Source of the DNA: Candidatus Coatesbacteria bacterium
GTDB lineage: Bacteria > RBG-13-66-14
Length of the DNA: 64,000 nucleotides
Direction of reading: 5' to 3'
Assembly (NCBI GenBank): GCA_014728225.1
Contig: WJLX01000003.1
Span: 14,815-78,814, forward strand
Position numbers and translations under genes: made by a program. Below, piece by piece: positions 47,144 through 56,797 of this stretch; position 1 is the stretch's first letter, and every line of letters begins with the position of its first letter. The notes under the pieces were generated by a model. The model was not told where the DNA came from. It saw only the letters and a list, made by a program, of their open reading frames with translations, and did not search any database.

Positions 47144-48004
47144 TTGGAAGTCGCAGCGCTCCAGCGTTTGCAGGTCCTCTACCGCTGTCCCGTCTGCGGT
47201 CGGCCCGGTCACGGCAACCTCCTCGGCGGCGCCGTCCATTGCACCCACTGCGGCGCGGCCTTCGTCAGCTTCTCCCGCGGCGAGGGCGCCTTCGTCGTCC
47301 TCGGCAACCTCAACTCCGGCGAGGCCGTGCTCAAGGCCCGCCGGATCGTCAAGGACTCCGGCTATCGGGGTCGCCTGCGGATCGAATCCGAGGAGCGCCT
47401 CCTGGTTCCCTGGAGGTTGACGGTCACCGAGCGCCTGATCGACGACGGTGAACCCCGCCGCGAGGAGACGGCGACCCTGCGAGTGGTACACGATCCGGAG
47501 CGTCTGCTGCTGCCCGAGCTGGATCCCCTTACGCTCCGGCTGGAGGGGGTCCAGGCCGCCGGATTGACCCTGGAACCCCTCGAGGAGGAGCGGTTGTCGA
47601 CGGGCGACCTGTTGTTACCAGCCGAATCCCGGCAACAGCCCGGAGCGCAGTCGCCCGAATCGCTAGACCCCGGCATCGTTTCCCTACGCAGCGTCCTGCT
47701 CTACTATCCTTTCTGGCGCATCGTCTTCACCGCCGGCGACGACGGTCCCGATTGGCCCCTGGTGCTCGACGGCCTCGCCGGGCACCTGGTCGCGGGTGAT
47801 CCGCCCCGGGGACAACGCACGATCCCCGCTTTCTGGATCGGCGTTCCCGCCCTGGGAGCCTACGCCCTCGGTTGTCTGGTCAATCTGTTCACCGGCGGCC
47901 TGTCCGGCTTCGAATGGCTGAGTCTCGTCGGCGCCCTGGCCGGCGTCGGCGGCCTGTTCTACCTCAAGGGGCGACGGGCCGAGCAGAACCTGCGACGGGA
48001 TTAG
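47144..48004 (+). CDS. Hypothetical protein with N-terminal zinc ribbon and C-terminal TM segments
   Basis: TTG start abutting the upstream stop. CPVCG...CTHCG zinc ribbon. Two C-terminal hydrophobic helices. Confidence 0.4.
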   Translation: MEVAALQRLQVLYRCPVCGRPGHGNLLGGAVHCTHCGAAFVSFSRGEGAFVVLGNLNSGEAVLKARRIVKDSGYRGRLRIESEERLLVPWRLTVTERLIDDGEPRREETATLRVVHDPERLLLPELDPLTLRLEGVQAAGLTLEPLEEERLSTGDLLLPAESRQQPGAQSPESLDPGIVSLRSVLLYYPFWRIVFTAGDDGPDWPLVLDGLAGHLVAGDPPRGQRTIPAFWIGVPALGAYALGCLVNLFTGGLSGFEWLSLVGALAGVGGLFYLKGRRAEQNLRRD

Positions 48005-48073
48005 TTGGGGTGGTCCGCCACGGTGGCCGACCTCTGAAAAACGGCCGGCGACGACTGCTGGACCCCGCCCGCG

Positions 48074-48157
48074 CCGAAACCGGCACGGTTTTTGCATCTC
48101 GGCGACCGTTGGAGCTGGTATAACGGTCGGCCTCCGCAAAAACCGTGCCGGTTTCGG
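48074..48157. repeat. Palindromic intergenic element, copy 7
   Basis: IRs CCGAAACCGGCACGGTTTTTGC / GCAAAAACCGTGCCGGTTTCGG with a symmetric G-to-A/C-to-T change. Outer arms GACCTCTGAAAAACGGCC / GGCCGTTTTTCAGAGGTC. Confidence 0.85.
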
Positions 48158-48286
48158 CGCGGGCTATCCGGCTCTTGCGCCGGGTCGGCAGGGCCGTTTT
48201 TCAGAGGTCGGCTTGCGGCGTCGGAATAATAGAACGGACGGGTCCGGCGGACCCGTCCGTTGCGTTCAGGTGTTTCAGCGATTTGA

Positions 48287-50104
48287 TCAGCGATCGACGA
48301 CCAGGCGGCTGGTGGCGTTGACCGCGTCGGTCCGCAGTCGGATCAGGTAGAGACCGGCGGGCAGTGGGGCGGCGTCGAGGCCGATGACGTGGCGTCCGGC
48401 GGCCAGGTTGCCGCTGTGCAGGATGGTGATGCGGCGTCCGGCCAGGTCGTAGAGGGCGAGTTCGGCGGGGCCGCTGTCGGCCAGCTCGACGGTCACGGCG
48501 CTCCAGCCGCTGCTGGGGCTGGGATTGACGCCGACGATCCGGGTCACTGTGTCGCTGATACCGCCGAGGTCGCATTCGACGGGGCCGAAGCTGGTGCTCT
48601 GGCCGCCGGGTTCGATTACCTCGAGTCGGTAGGCCGTCGGACCGGCGGCTTCGCGGTCGAGGAAACGGCCGCGGGCGGGCTCGAGGGGGCTCTCGTTGAG
48701 TTTGATGCCTGCGCCGTCGGCGACGAAGGTGGTGTCGTCGATGCGGTAGAGGTTGCAGACGGCGTCGTCGGCTTCAACGTCCCAGGAGATCAGGGCGCCC
48801 TCGGCGGTGGGTTCGGCGGTCAGGTCGACGAGTAGGACCTCGGTGTTGTCACTGGGGAGCATGGTCGGATCGCCGATCAGGGTCATGCCGTAGAACCAGC
48901 CGCGGGCGGTCGGCCGGTCGGCCCAGCCGTAGCCCTCGGCGACCAGGGCGAACCAGGTCTGGAAGGCCTCGCCCCAGGTGTCCCCGGCGGCGACCTCGGA
49001 GTAGAACTCATTGAAGAAGAGCATCGAGCCGGTCTTGGTCGAGCCGATGGTGAGCAGCCCCTGGCCGTCGTTATCCAGGACATAGACGGCGCCCATGTTG
49101 TTGTCGGTGGTGTAGCGGGCGTTGGAGCAGGCGAACAGGTTGTGGACCAGCCACTCGTGGTCGGTGGAGTTGACGTAGTAGTTGTTGACGGAGGGCCCGT
49201 CGTGGAAGGCGTGAATGGCCGGGCTGGAGTGGCAGCACATCAGGATGTGCTCGTACTGGTTGTCGTTGAGCCTGTTCTGATAGCCGGTGCCGTCGACGTT
49301 GGGCCAGACGTTCTGCTCGTTGTTGGCGTAGACCTGGGCCACGGCGGCGCTCCAGGAGTTGCCGGAGCTCTGCCAGTCGTGGTCCACGTAGGTCATCGAG
49401 CTGCGCGGCACCGTACAGGCGTCGTTGCGGTAGTCGATCATCCGCTCCAGCCAGGCGTTGACCAGGTCGGCTTCGCCGTTGAACATGGTGAGGTTGTGCG
49501 CCGGCAGGCGGCCGAGGTAGATGTCGGTTTCGATGTCGCCGGAGCCGGCCTCGTGGTAGTCGTAGATGCCGTCGGGGTTGGGCGCGCCGGAGGAGTCCTC
49601 GTTATCCTGCCAATCGCCGTTCAGGTCCGTCAGGAACAGGTCGCAGGGGAACTCCTCGTAGCCGATGTCGGGCCAGAAAACGCCCTGGAACCAGGCCGAG
49701 TCGTAGTCGCCGATCAGGATCAAACCGTCGAGGCCGTCGTTCTCCCACCAGTCGACGATCCAGCTCTTGAGAACCTCGGGGCTGGAGGGCACGCCGGAGG
49801 TGTAGGCGTTGACGCCGTAGCCCAGACCGGCCAACTGGTTGGCGTAGGTGGTGAAGCTGCTCTCGATCAAGGGGTAGAGATCCTCGTTGACCAGGATGAA
49901 CAGCTCGTCGCCGGGGCCGTTGCCGGCGGAGTACACCGGGACCGGTTCCGGGCTGGAAGCCGGGTAGGGTGTCCGGCGGGCCAGGTATTCGGCGTACGTC
50001 TCCAGGGGTTCGGCGCCGTCGAACAGCTGGGTGACGACGACCTCGCCGCTCTGGGCGAGCAGGACGGAGGCGAGAAGCAGCAGGATCAAGGCGCTTTTAC
50101 ACAT
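48287..50104 (-). CDS. Secreted peptidase C25 (gingipain)-like protein with T9SS-type C-terminal sorting domain
   Basis: Signal peptide. CCHSS ... LFACSNARY spaced like the gingipain His/Cys dyad (GHGS / ACVNGDF). C-terminal ~85 aa (GVNPSPSSGWSAVTVELADSGPAELALYDLAGRRI...AGLYLIRL) match the same CTD pattern as the FG-GAP protein. Confidence 0.55.
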   Translation of the reverse strand: MCKSALILLLLASVLLAQSGEVVVTQLFDGAEPLETYAEYLARRTPYPASSPEPVPVYSAGNGPGDELFILVNEDLYPLIESSFTTYANQLAGLGYGVNAYTSGVPSSPEVLKSWIVDWWENDGLDGLILIGDYDSAWFQGVFWPDIGYEEFPCDLFLTDLNGDWQDNEDSSGAPNPDGIYDYHEAGSGDIETDIYLGRLPAHNLTMFNGEADLVNAWLERMIDYRNDACTVPRSSMTYVDHDWQSSGNSWSAAVAQVYANNEQNVWPNVDGTGYQNRLNDNQYEHILMCCHSSPAIHAFHDGPSVNNYYVNSTDHEWLVHNLFACSNARYTTDNNMGAVYVLDNDGQGLLTIGSTKTGSMLFFNEFYSEVAAGDTWGEAFQTWFALVAEGYGWADRPTARGWFYGMTLIGDPTMLPSDNTEVLLVDLTAEPTAEGALISWDVEADDAVCNLYRIDDTTFVADGAGIKLNESPLEPARGRFLDREAAGPTAYRLEVIEPGGQSTSFGPVECDLGGISDTVTRIVGVNPSPSSGWSAVTVELADSGPAELALYDLAGRRITILHSGNLAAGRHVIGLDAAPLPAGLYLIRLRTDAVNATSRLVVDR

Positions 50105-50271
50105 CGGGTGTTCCTTTGCTGTTGGTCGGCCGATATTGCTGACGGTGATTTACCTTTCGGGCATATTAGCCCAGCACTTCTGGTGTGTCAAGGCGGGGGC
50201 AATAGCGAACACCGGCGGCCCCAATCCCGCCGTCCGGAACGGTTCCGGTGACAAGGAAGACGAAGGTTGTT

Positions 50272-50938
50272 GGGGATTAAGGAAGGGATCATCACAGGAG
50301 ATGAACATCAGCTATTGCAGTGGGGTTCTTTAGCGGTGTGAACGGGTCTGTCAGCCCGCCACCGACGAGGGGGGCAATGTGGCGGGGAAGAGCGGGACGG
50401 GGGAGCGGCACGTCAGGTGTCCAAGATGCAATTACCGCTGCGGCAAGCTGTTCAAGCGTCATCCCCGGGGGCGTCGCAACGCGCCGCCGTCGGCAAAACG
50501 CGGCGAGACAGCGCGTCTGTTCCGGCTCGGCGTCCCGACCGTCCGAGCCGCCGGGGATTTGGGCAGCCGGCGCAATACGGCATATCGCTACTAGAAGCTA
50601 ATCCGCCGGCGCCGCACCGCCGCTCGACAAGCCGCGCTGGACTCGATCGTCTACACCGACGGCTGTAAGGCCTATAAGCAACTGTCACTCAACGGCTTCC
50701 ACCACAAACGCATCGACAACCAACAGGATTTCGCCGATGGACGGACACATAGCAACGGGATCGAGAACTTCCGGGGCGACGCCAAGCGCCGCCTAAAAGC
50801 CACCTGGAGGATTCAGGCTTAACTTCAGACTCTTGATCACTGAAAGGACGTTCAGCTTCAGCCATCGAGACGGCGAAAACGTGCTAAACCACCTCGGGAG
50901 CATACTGCGCGCTTGTTCATAATCAGGTGATAATCCCC
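50272..50938 (+). mobile_element. Miniature, internally deleted IS1595-family element with terminal inverted repeats GGGGATTA ... TAATCCCC
   Basis: Encodes the zinc-ribbon/HTH N-terminus CPRCNYRCGKLFKRHPRGRRNAPPSAKRGETARLFRLGVPTVRAAGDLG. This is followed almost directly by the C-terminal ...YTDGCKAYKQLSLNGFHHKRIDNQQDFADGRTHSNGIENFRGDAKRRL..., then a frameshift, then ERTFSFSHRDGENVLNHLGSILRA. About 90 aa carrying the first catalytic D are missing. Confidence 0.7.
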
Positions 50939-51013
50939 TAAGGAAAAGGGGCGACTGAGGACAGTCGTCCCTGTGGTTGGGTTTCCTTCACCGCCAAAGC
51001 GCCGGCGGCCGGG

Positions 51014-52936
51014 CTAGAAGGCGAGCTCGACCCCCAGAACGAAGCGGCGCGGTCGGCGCGGGTAGTTACGGTCGGCGTAGTCGTTGCCGAAGGCGGCGGG
51101 GACATCGGAATCGGTCAGGTTTTCCAGGGCGCCGAAGATGGTCAGGTGCTCGCCGAAGGCGTAATCCAGCAGGACGTCGACGTCGTAGGCCGCCGGGAGT
51201 CGCTTGGTGAGCATGCCGACGACGGGATATTCGCTGTAGTCGGGGTAGTAGGCCCGGCGCTCGGCGGTCCAGTTCAACTCCAGGTCGACGAAGGAGCAGA
51301 CGGCCAGGCGGGCCTGGAGTTGGTGCCGAGGTACGAAGGCCGCGCGGCGTTCGACGACTTGGAAGACGTCGCCGCTCTCCCAGTCGGAATAGACCAGCTC
51401 GCTGTGACGCTGGACGGCGTCGGTGTAGGTGTAGAACAGGCGCAGGGAGCTCCACCGCACTCCGGCGGTGGCGCCGAGGACGACCTGCTCGTTGACATTG
51501 ACCGGTCGCCAGCGGCCGTCGGTGTCGGGTTGCCAGGCGATGAGGTCCGTCGTCTCGCGGTAGAAACCGCCCAGGGTCAGAGCCGCGCCGCCGCCCAGCT
51601 CGGGCAGGTCGACGGTCAGGTCGAGCTGGCGGGCCGTTTCCGGTTCCAGCTCGGGATTGCCGGCGTCGGGCCAGTAGAGGTCGTTGAGGGTCGGAGCGGC
51701 GAAGCTCAGCCCGCCGGCCAGGGCCGCCTCTAACCAGTCGCCCGTGTAGCGCAGCACGACGCCCGGTGACCAGTGCAGGCCGAAGTCGGTGTGTCTGTCC
51801 AGGCGCAGGGCGGCCTCGAGGGCTACGGGAGACCAGTCCGCCCTGACGCGCAGCCGGCCGCCGAGGTTATCCACCGCGGGTCGCCAGGTGGTGATCGTGG
51901 TGGTGCCGGCGCCCCCGGGATCGAAGGGTTCGCTCCAGCGCGTACTCTCGAGCTCGGCCTCGAGGTCGTCGGTGCGGTAGTCGAGAGCGCCCGAGACGCT
52001 CAACCAGTCCGTCGCCCGCCAGCTCGCACCCAGGGAGCCGAAGTAGGTCGTGGTGAGGTAGCGGCTTTCGTCGTGATAAATGCCACCGAACTCGTACCAC
52101 TGGAGGTAGTCCAGCTCCAGTTCGCTCCAGCGGAAATCAAGGCTCAGCTCCAGCCTCCCCAGCTCCAGCCCGGCGTGAATACCGATATAGGTCTCGTGCT
52201 CCTCCTGGCGGTCGAGCAGGCTGCTGACCTCGTCGTCACCGAAGGTCGGGATGTCGTCGACGGCCGGTCGCGGTCCGGGAACACCCTGGTCCAAGCCGCG
52301 CATCCCCACCAGACCGCGCAGCAGCAAACCGCCGTCCTCGTATTCCAGGCCGACCCGACCACCCGGGCGCTCACAGTCGGAATTGGGCCGCCGGCCGGCG
52401 TACTCCTCCAGCCAGGCGTCGACGATCAGGTTCGGCTCGCCGGTGCGTTCGCTGAAACCGAAGTGCTGTTCGCCGTTTTCACCGACGGCCGCCGAGAACG
52501 AGGTCCGCTCCGAGTTGGTGACGATGTTGATTACCCCACCGACGGCGGCGCCGCCGGCCAGGTTGCCCGCCGCGCCCCGACTGATCTCGATCCGCTCGAC
52601 TATCCTCAAGGGGACGGCGTTGAGGTCGACGGTGCCGTTGACGGCGGAATTCAGCGGCACGCCGTCGAGGAGTACGCGCACCTGGCGGCTGGGCGCGCCG
52701 CGCAGGCTGACCGTGGCCAGACCCCCGGCGACGCCGGTTCGCTGGATCAGGACGCCGGGAACGCCTTCCAGCACGTCGGTCAACTCCCGGGCCCCGGCGG
52801 CGGCGAGCTCGTCGCCTTCGATGACGAACCAGTCCAGCTCCTCGAGGCCACCGAGGTAGCGGGTGCTGACCTCGAGAGCCGCAGCGGCCGTCGTCAGCGT
52901 GATCAACAACAGGATGAGGGCTGGACGGTTGCGCAC
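51014..52936 (-). CDS. btuB: TonB-dependent outer-membrane receptor, BtuB-like (vitamin B12 transporter)
   Basis: Signal peptide, plug domain (DVLEGVPGVLIQRTGVAGGLATVSLRGA) and a C-terminal beta-barrel ending in F. A cobalamin riboswitch lies in its leader. Confidence 0.7.
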   Translation of the reverse strand: MRNRPALILLLITLTTAAAALEVSTRYLGGLEELDWFVIEGDELAAAGARELTDVLEGVPGVLIQRTGVAGGLATVSLRGAPSRQVRVLLDGVPLNSAVNGTVDLNAVPLRIVERIEISRGAAGNLAGGAAVGGVINIVTNSERTSFSAAVGENGEQHFGFSERTGEPNLIVDAWLEEYAGRRPNSDCERPGGRVGLEYEDGGLLLRGLVGMRGLDQGVPGPRPAVDDIPTFGDDEVSSLLDRQEEHETYIGIHAGLELGRLELSLDFRWSELELDYLQWYEFGGIYHDESRYLTTTYFGSLGASWRATDWLSVSGALDYRTDDLEAELESTRWSEPFDPGGAGTTTITTWRPAVDNLGGRLRVRADWSPVALEAALRLDRHTDFGLHWSPGVVLRYTGDWLEAALAGGLSFAAPTLNDLYWPDAGNPELEPETARQLDLTVDLPELGGGAALTLGGFYRETTDLIAWQPDTDGRWRPVNVNEQVVLGATAGVRWSSLRLFYTYTDAVQRHSELVYSDWESGDVFQVVERRAAFVPRHQLQARLAVCSFVDLELNWTAERRAYYPDYSEYPVVGMLTKRLPAAYDVDVLLDYAFGEHLTIFGALENLTDSDVPAAFGNDYADRNYPRRPRRFVLGVELAF

Positions 52937-53119
52937 GGCGATCCTCCCCTTTGTCGGTCCTGGATGCTATAATTCACCGTTGAGACACAGCAAACCCCGC
53001 CCGTGGGGCCCGTTGGACGGCGTGATCGTTCACACCGGCCGGACGCGGGGCGGGGGGAGGATCGGGGTAACATGATACCGGTCATGCCAACCTCCTCGGA
53101 TCGCGAAGGGGGTGGGGAC

Positions 53120-53280
53120 CGGAGCCGGGTATCCTGGCTGACGACGCGGCGTCGTTGACGCCCCGGAACGGGCGCCTTCCCGGAAGCGAAGCTCCAGTGG
53201 CGTCTGCCCGTTCCTCGTCGAACACAGTGGCGCGACCGCGGCGGATTCTAACCGCCTTCCCCGGGTCGGCTTAGGCCGAC
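53120..53280 (-). ncRNA. Cobalamin (B12) riboswitch
   Basis: Minus-strand read: CCGGGGAAGGCGGUUAGAAUCCGCCGCGGUCGCGCCACUGU ... GCCACUGGAGCUUCGCUUCCGGGAAGGCG ... GUCAGCCAGGAUACCCGGC. This matches the cobalamin riboswitch core (GGGAA..GGUG.AA.UCC..GCGGUC.CGCCACUGU) and the B12-box (AGYCAGGAnAC). It lies about 190 nt upstream of the btuB-like start. Confidence 0.75.
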
Positions 53281-53356
53281 CATCCGGTCAGATATGGGAG
53301 ACCATTATCCCACCGCGGTCAATCATCGTCAAGGCCCCCCTGCAGAAGGAGGATCA

Positions 53357-54169
53357 GTGAAGCAACAGTTGGAGGAAGCCGTCGACCTGTTCGAGGAGCG
53401 CCTGACCGTCGCCCCCCGGGCGGCCCTGATCCTGGGTTCCGGGCTGTCCGAGGTCGTCGAAGCCCTGCGGGACGCCGTCGCCGTGCCCTTCGACGAGATA
53501 CCGGGTATGCCCTCCGGCACCGTCAGCGGCCACCGGCACCAGGTCGTCGCCGGTGTGCTGGGTAACGTGCCCGTCATCTGTTTCGCCGGCCGGCTGCACC
53601 ATTACGAGGGCTACGACATGTGGCGCGTGACCTATCCCGTGCGCCTGGCCGCCGAACTCGGCGCCCACACCCTGCTCGTCACCAACGCCTCGGGCAGCCT
53701 GCGCGAAGAGCTGCTCCCCGGCACCTTCGTCATCCTCACCGATCACCTCCACCTGATGGGAGCCAACCCGCTGCGCGGCGATCCCGCGGCGGGCCGTCCG
53801 CACAGTTTCACCCCCACCGCCGGGGCCTACGACGCCGCCCTGCGCAAGCTGGCCGCCGAGGAGGCCGCCAAGCTCAATCTCCAGGTCGCCGAGGGCGTCT
53901 ACGTCGGCGTCGGCGGCCCGACCTACGAGACCGAAGCCGAGGTCCGCGCCTACCGCACCCTCGGCGGCGATATCATCGGCATGTCCACCACCCCCGAAGT
54001 GATCATGGCCCGGGCCCTCGAACTGCGGGTGCTGGCGCTCTCCGCGGTCACCAATCGGGCCGGACAGCGCTACAACGAGGGTCATGCCGAGGTCCTGCGC
54101 ACGGCGCGCGAGATGACCGACGGCTTCGTCAACTGGCTGCGCGCCGTGGTCGCCCGCCTCGAGCTCTAA
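53357..54169 (+). CDS. punA: Purine nucleoside phosphorylase (PNP/MTAP family)
   Basis: AAGGAGG RBS and GTG start. Motifs VICFAGRLHHYEG, LVTNASGSL, and GPTYETEAEVRAYRTLGGDIIGMSTTPE are diagnostic of PNP family 2. Confidence 0.8.
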   Translation: MKQQLEEAVDLFEERLTVAPRAALILGSGLSEVVEALRDAVAVPFDEIPGMPSGTVSGHRHQVVAGVLGNVPVICFAGRLHHYEGYDMWRVTYPVRLAAELGAHTLLVTNASGSLREELLPGTFVILTDHLHLMGANPLRGDPAAGRPHSFTPTAGAYDAALRKLAAEEAAKLNLQVAEGVYVGVGGPTYETEAEVRAYRTLGGDIIGMSTTPEVIMARALELRVLALSAVTNRAGQRYNEGHAEVLRTAREMTDGFVNWLRAVVARLEL

Positions 54170-54244
54170 CGACACGCGCCGTCCGCGCCACGCCGCGACC
54201 CCGGCCGGAGAACGGCCGAGGCGCCGCCTGTGCAGTTTCGCGCC

Positions 54245-54329
54245 CCGGAACCGGCACGGTTTTTGCATCTCGGCGACCGTTTGGACGGCTGAAAACGGTC
54301 GGCCTCCGCAAAAACCGTGCCGGTTCCGG
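54245..54329. repeat. Palindromic intergenic element, copy 8
   Basis: Canonical 22-bp IRs. Core ATCTCGGCGACCGTTTGGACGGCTGAAAACGGTCGGCCTCC. Confidence 0.85.
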
Positions 54330-54484
54330 GGCGTGGTCGGTCGAGGGGGGGACGGGTCGTGGTGCTGTGGCCGGGGTCGCGGCGGGCCGAGCTGTGGGTC
54401 TGGATCGGCGAAATGGCGACGGATTGTGGATAAACCGACCGGGGAGCCGCGGCTCCCCGGTCGGTTCGTTGGGTAACGGTGGGT

Positions 54485-56710
54485 TTACTTGGTCTGGACC
54501 TTGCTGTAGTGGCTGCGGTCGACGAGCTTCTTGGGCAGGAACCTGCCCCAGTCGCGGTCCTCGAGGGGCGGGATCGGCTCCTCGGGATCGGCGGCGGCGA
54601 GGGCGTAGCGGTCGTCGTCGTCGACGGCCAGCCCCAGGGCGGCCCCGCAGCGCGGGCAGTAGACGCCGTCGACGTCGCCCTTGCCCCCGGTGCGCAGCTC
54701 GACGTCGCGGAATTCGGCCCGCAGGGTCTTGTTCCAGTCGGTCTTGTGGCCGCATTTCTCGCAGGCCACCTCGTGCTGGGGTTTCTTGCGTTTCTTCTTG
54801 TCGGACTTGGCGGCCTCGGCTTCGGCGACGCTCCTGCCGCGCACGCGGGCGGGCTTTTCCTTCTCGCTCTTGGCTGGAGCGGCGTCACTGATGCCGTGCT
54901 CCTTCTGGTAGACCTTGAGTAGCCAGTACTGCTGGGCCACGGTCAACAGGGAGTTGAACAGCCAGTAGAGCACCAGGCCCGAGGGCATCTGGTAGAACAG
55001 CACGCCGAAGATGATCGGCATGAACTTAGTGAAGCCGGTGGTCTTGCCGCCGCGCTTGGCCGTCATCCGGCCCTGATACCACATCACGGCGACCATCAGC
55101 AGGGGCAGCAGGTTGAAGTTGGGGCCGATGAGGGGGATGTTGACGCCCCAACTGAACAGGGCGTCGGGCAGGGTCAGGTCGCTGATCCAGAGGAAGGCGG
55201 CCCCGCGTAGCTCGACGGCGTTGCGCAGCGCGCCGAACAGGGCGATGAAGACGGGCATCTGCAGCAGCAGGGGCAGGCAGCCCCCCAGGGGCGAGACTTT
55301 GTTCTTCTTATAGAGGGCCATGATCTCTTCGTTGGCCCGCTGCTGGTCGTTGGCGTAACGCTCCTTGATGGCCTCGATCTTGGGCTGCAGCATCTGCATG
55401 GCGATCGAGGAGCGGAAGCTCTTGTTGGTCAAGGGCATCAGCACCAGCTTGATGGCGATGGTCATCAGGATGATCGCCAGGCCGTAATTGCCGAGGAAGC
55501 TGTAGAACAGCTTCAGCAGCTTGAGCAAGCCGATGGAAACCGGAGCGAGGAAGTTCCAGCCGAAGTCGGCGACCTCGCCCATCCCCAGGGCGTCGAGGGC
55601 GTCGTGGTACTTGGGACCGATGTAGGTCAGGAAGCGCCGACGGAACAGGCCGCCGTCGGAGGCTTGAGCGGTGAGGGTGGTGCGGGCGATCTTCGGCGGC
55701 GCGGTCATCTCACGCAGGGCCACGCTGCCGAAGAAGGGCCCCTCGCCGGTCGGTTTGAGCGCCAGGGTGAAGTGGTTGTCGTTGACGGCGATGTGGCCGA
55801 TCTTGTCGGCGTCCTCGCTCTCGTCGTCGTTGTCGCCGGCGGACTCCTCGAACTTGTCACCGCCGACGTCGGCGATGGTGGTCAACTGGCCGCGGACGGC
55901 GTTGGTCATGTCGCCCTGGCGGTCCAGACCCGTACCCAGCTCGAGGACCACGTTGCGCGCCGTGGCCGGGACGCCGGCGACGGAAACGTCGAGGTAGCCG
56001 ACGTAGGAGTCGCCGCGGAAGGTGAAGCGCTTGGTGACGGTGACCTGGCCCGCCGTGGCCGTGTAGGTGATCGTCAGCTCGTCGTCACCGGAGACCCGGT
56101 ACTCGCCCGGCGGCCGGTCGGCGTTATACTCGGTCCAGGCTGTGAAGCCCTCGACGGTGATCATCCCCGGGTAGTACTCGCCGGGGATCTTGTTGAACAG
56201 GGTCAGGTGGCTGCCGTCGTAATCCTTGTGCTCGAGCAGGGTGACGCTCTTGTAGGCGCCGCCGAGATCGGACAGGCGGATGACCGCCAGGTCCGTGCGC
56301 ACGGTGACCAGGTCCTCGGATTCCTCGGCCAGTTGCCCGTAGCCGGCGGAGGCGGCCGCCGTCTCGAGCCGCTGGGGCTCCCCGCCGGCGTCGGCGGGAG
56401 CTGCGTCCGCGCCGGGTTCGGCGGTGTCGGCTGATTCTGTGGGCTCGGCGGCGGGGGCCGCGGCCCCTCCGGCTTCGGCCTCGGCGGCCAACTGGACGTC
56501 CTCGCCCTCGACGATCTCCTCCTCGTCGTCGGAGAAGATCAACTGCACCACGACCAGGGCCACGATGGCCAGCACGCCGACGATGATCAACCGCCAGGTA
56601 GATTTCTTGTCACTGTCCGAATTGGCGGGTTCCAACGGCACTCCCTCGGCTGGGGTTAACAACAACGTATTCTCGGCTGGCATTTTACCGACCCCGTCGG
56701 GGCCTGTCAA
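54485..56710 (-). CDS. yidC: Membrane protein insertase YidC with extended N-terminal region and a C-terminal zinc-ribbon tail
   Basis: Conserved YidC/Oxa1 core (LMPLTNKSFRSSIAMQMLQPKIEAIKERY...YKKNKVSPLGGCLPLLLQMPVFIALF). C-terminal ~110 aa contain CEKCGH...CPRCG. Start is either TTG 56710 or ATG 56683. Confidence 0.8.
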   Translation of the reverse strand: MTGPDGVGKMPAENTLLLTPAEGVPLEPANSDSDKKSTWRLIIVGVLAIVALVVVQLIFSDDEEEIVEGEDVQLAAEAEAGGAAAPAAEPTESADTAEPGADAAPADAGGEPQRLETAAASAGYGQLAEESEDLVTVRTDLAVIRLSDLGGAYKSVTLLEHKDYDGSHLTLFNKIPGEYYPGMITVEGFTAWTEYNADRPPGEYRVSGDDELTITYTATAGQVTVTKRFTFRGDSYVGYLDVSVAGVPATARNVVLELGTGLDRQGDMTNAVRGQLTTIADVGGDKFEESAGDNDDESEDADKIGHIAVNDNHFTLALKPTGEGPFFGSVALREMTAPPKIARTTLTAQASDGGLFRRRFLTYIGPKYHDALDALGMGEVADFGWNFLAPVSIGLLKLLKLFYSFLGNYGLAIILMTIAIKLVLMPLTNKSFRSSIAMQMLQPKIEAIKERYANDQQRANEEIMALYKKNKVSPLGGCLPLLLQMPVFIALFGALRNAVELRGAAFLWISDLTLPDALFSWGVNIPLIGPNFNLLPLLMVAVMWYQGRMTAKRGGKTTGFTKFMPIIFGVLFYQMPSGLVLYWLFNSLLTVAQQYWLLKVYQKEHGISDAAPAKSEKEKPARVRGRSVAEAEAAKSDKKKRKKPQHEVACEKCGHKTDWNKTLRAEFRDVELRTGGKGDVDGVYCPRCGAALGLAVDDDDRYALAAADPEEPIPPLEDRDWGRFLPKKLVDRSHYSKVQTK

Positions 56711-56797
56711 CTCGTGGGCCGCCGAACCGCAGACAAAGGCCCGACGGGGATGTTATGATGGACTCGAACAAACGACAACCCCCCAAGGGAGACCACC

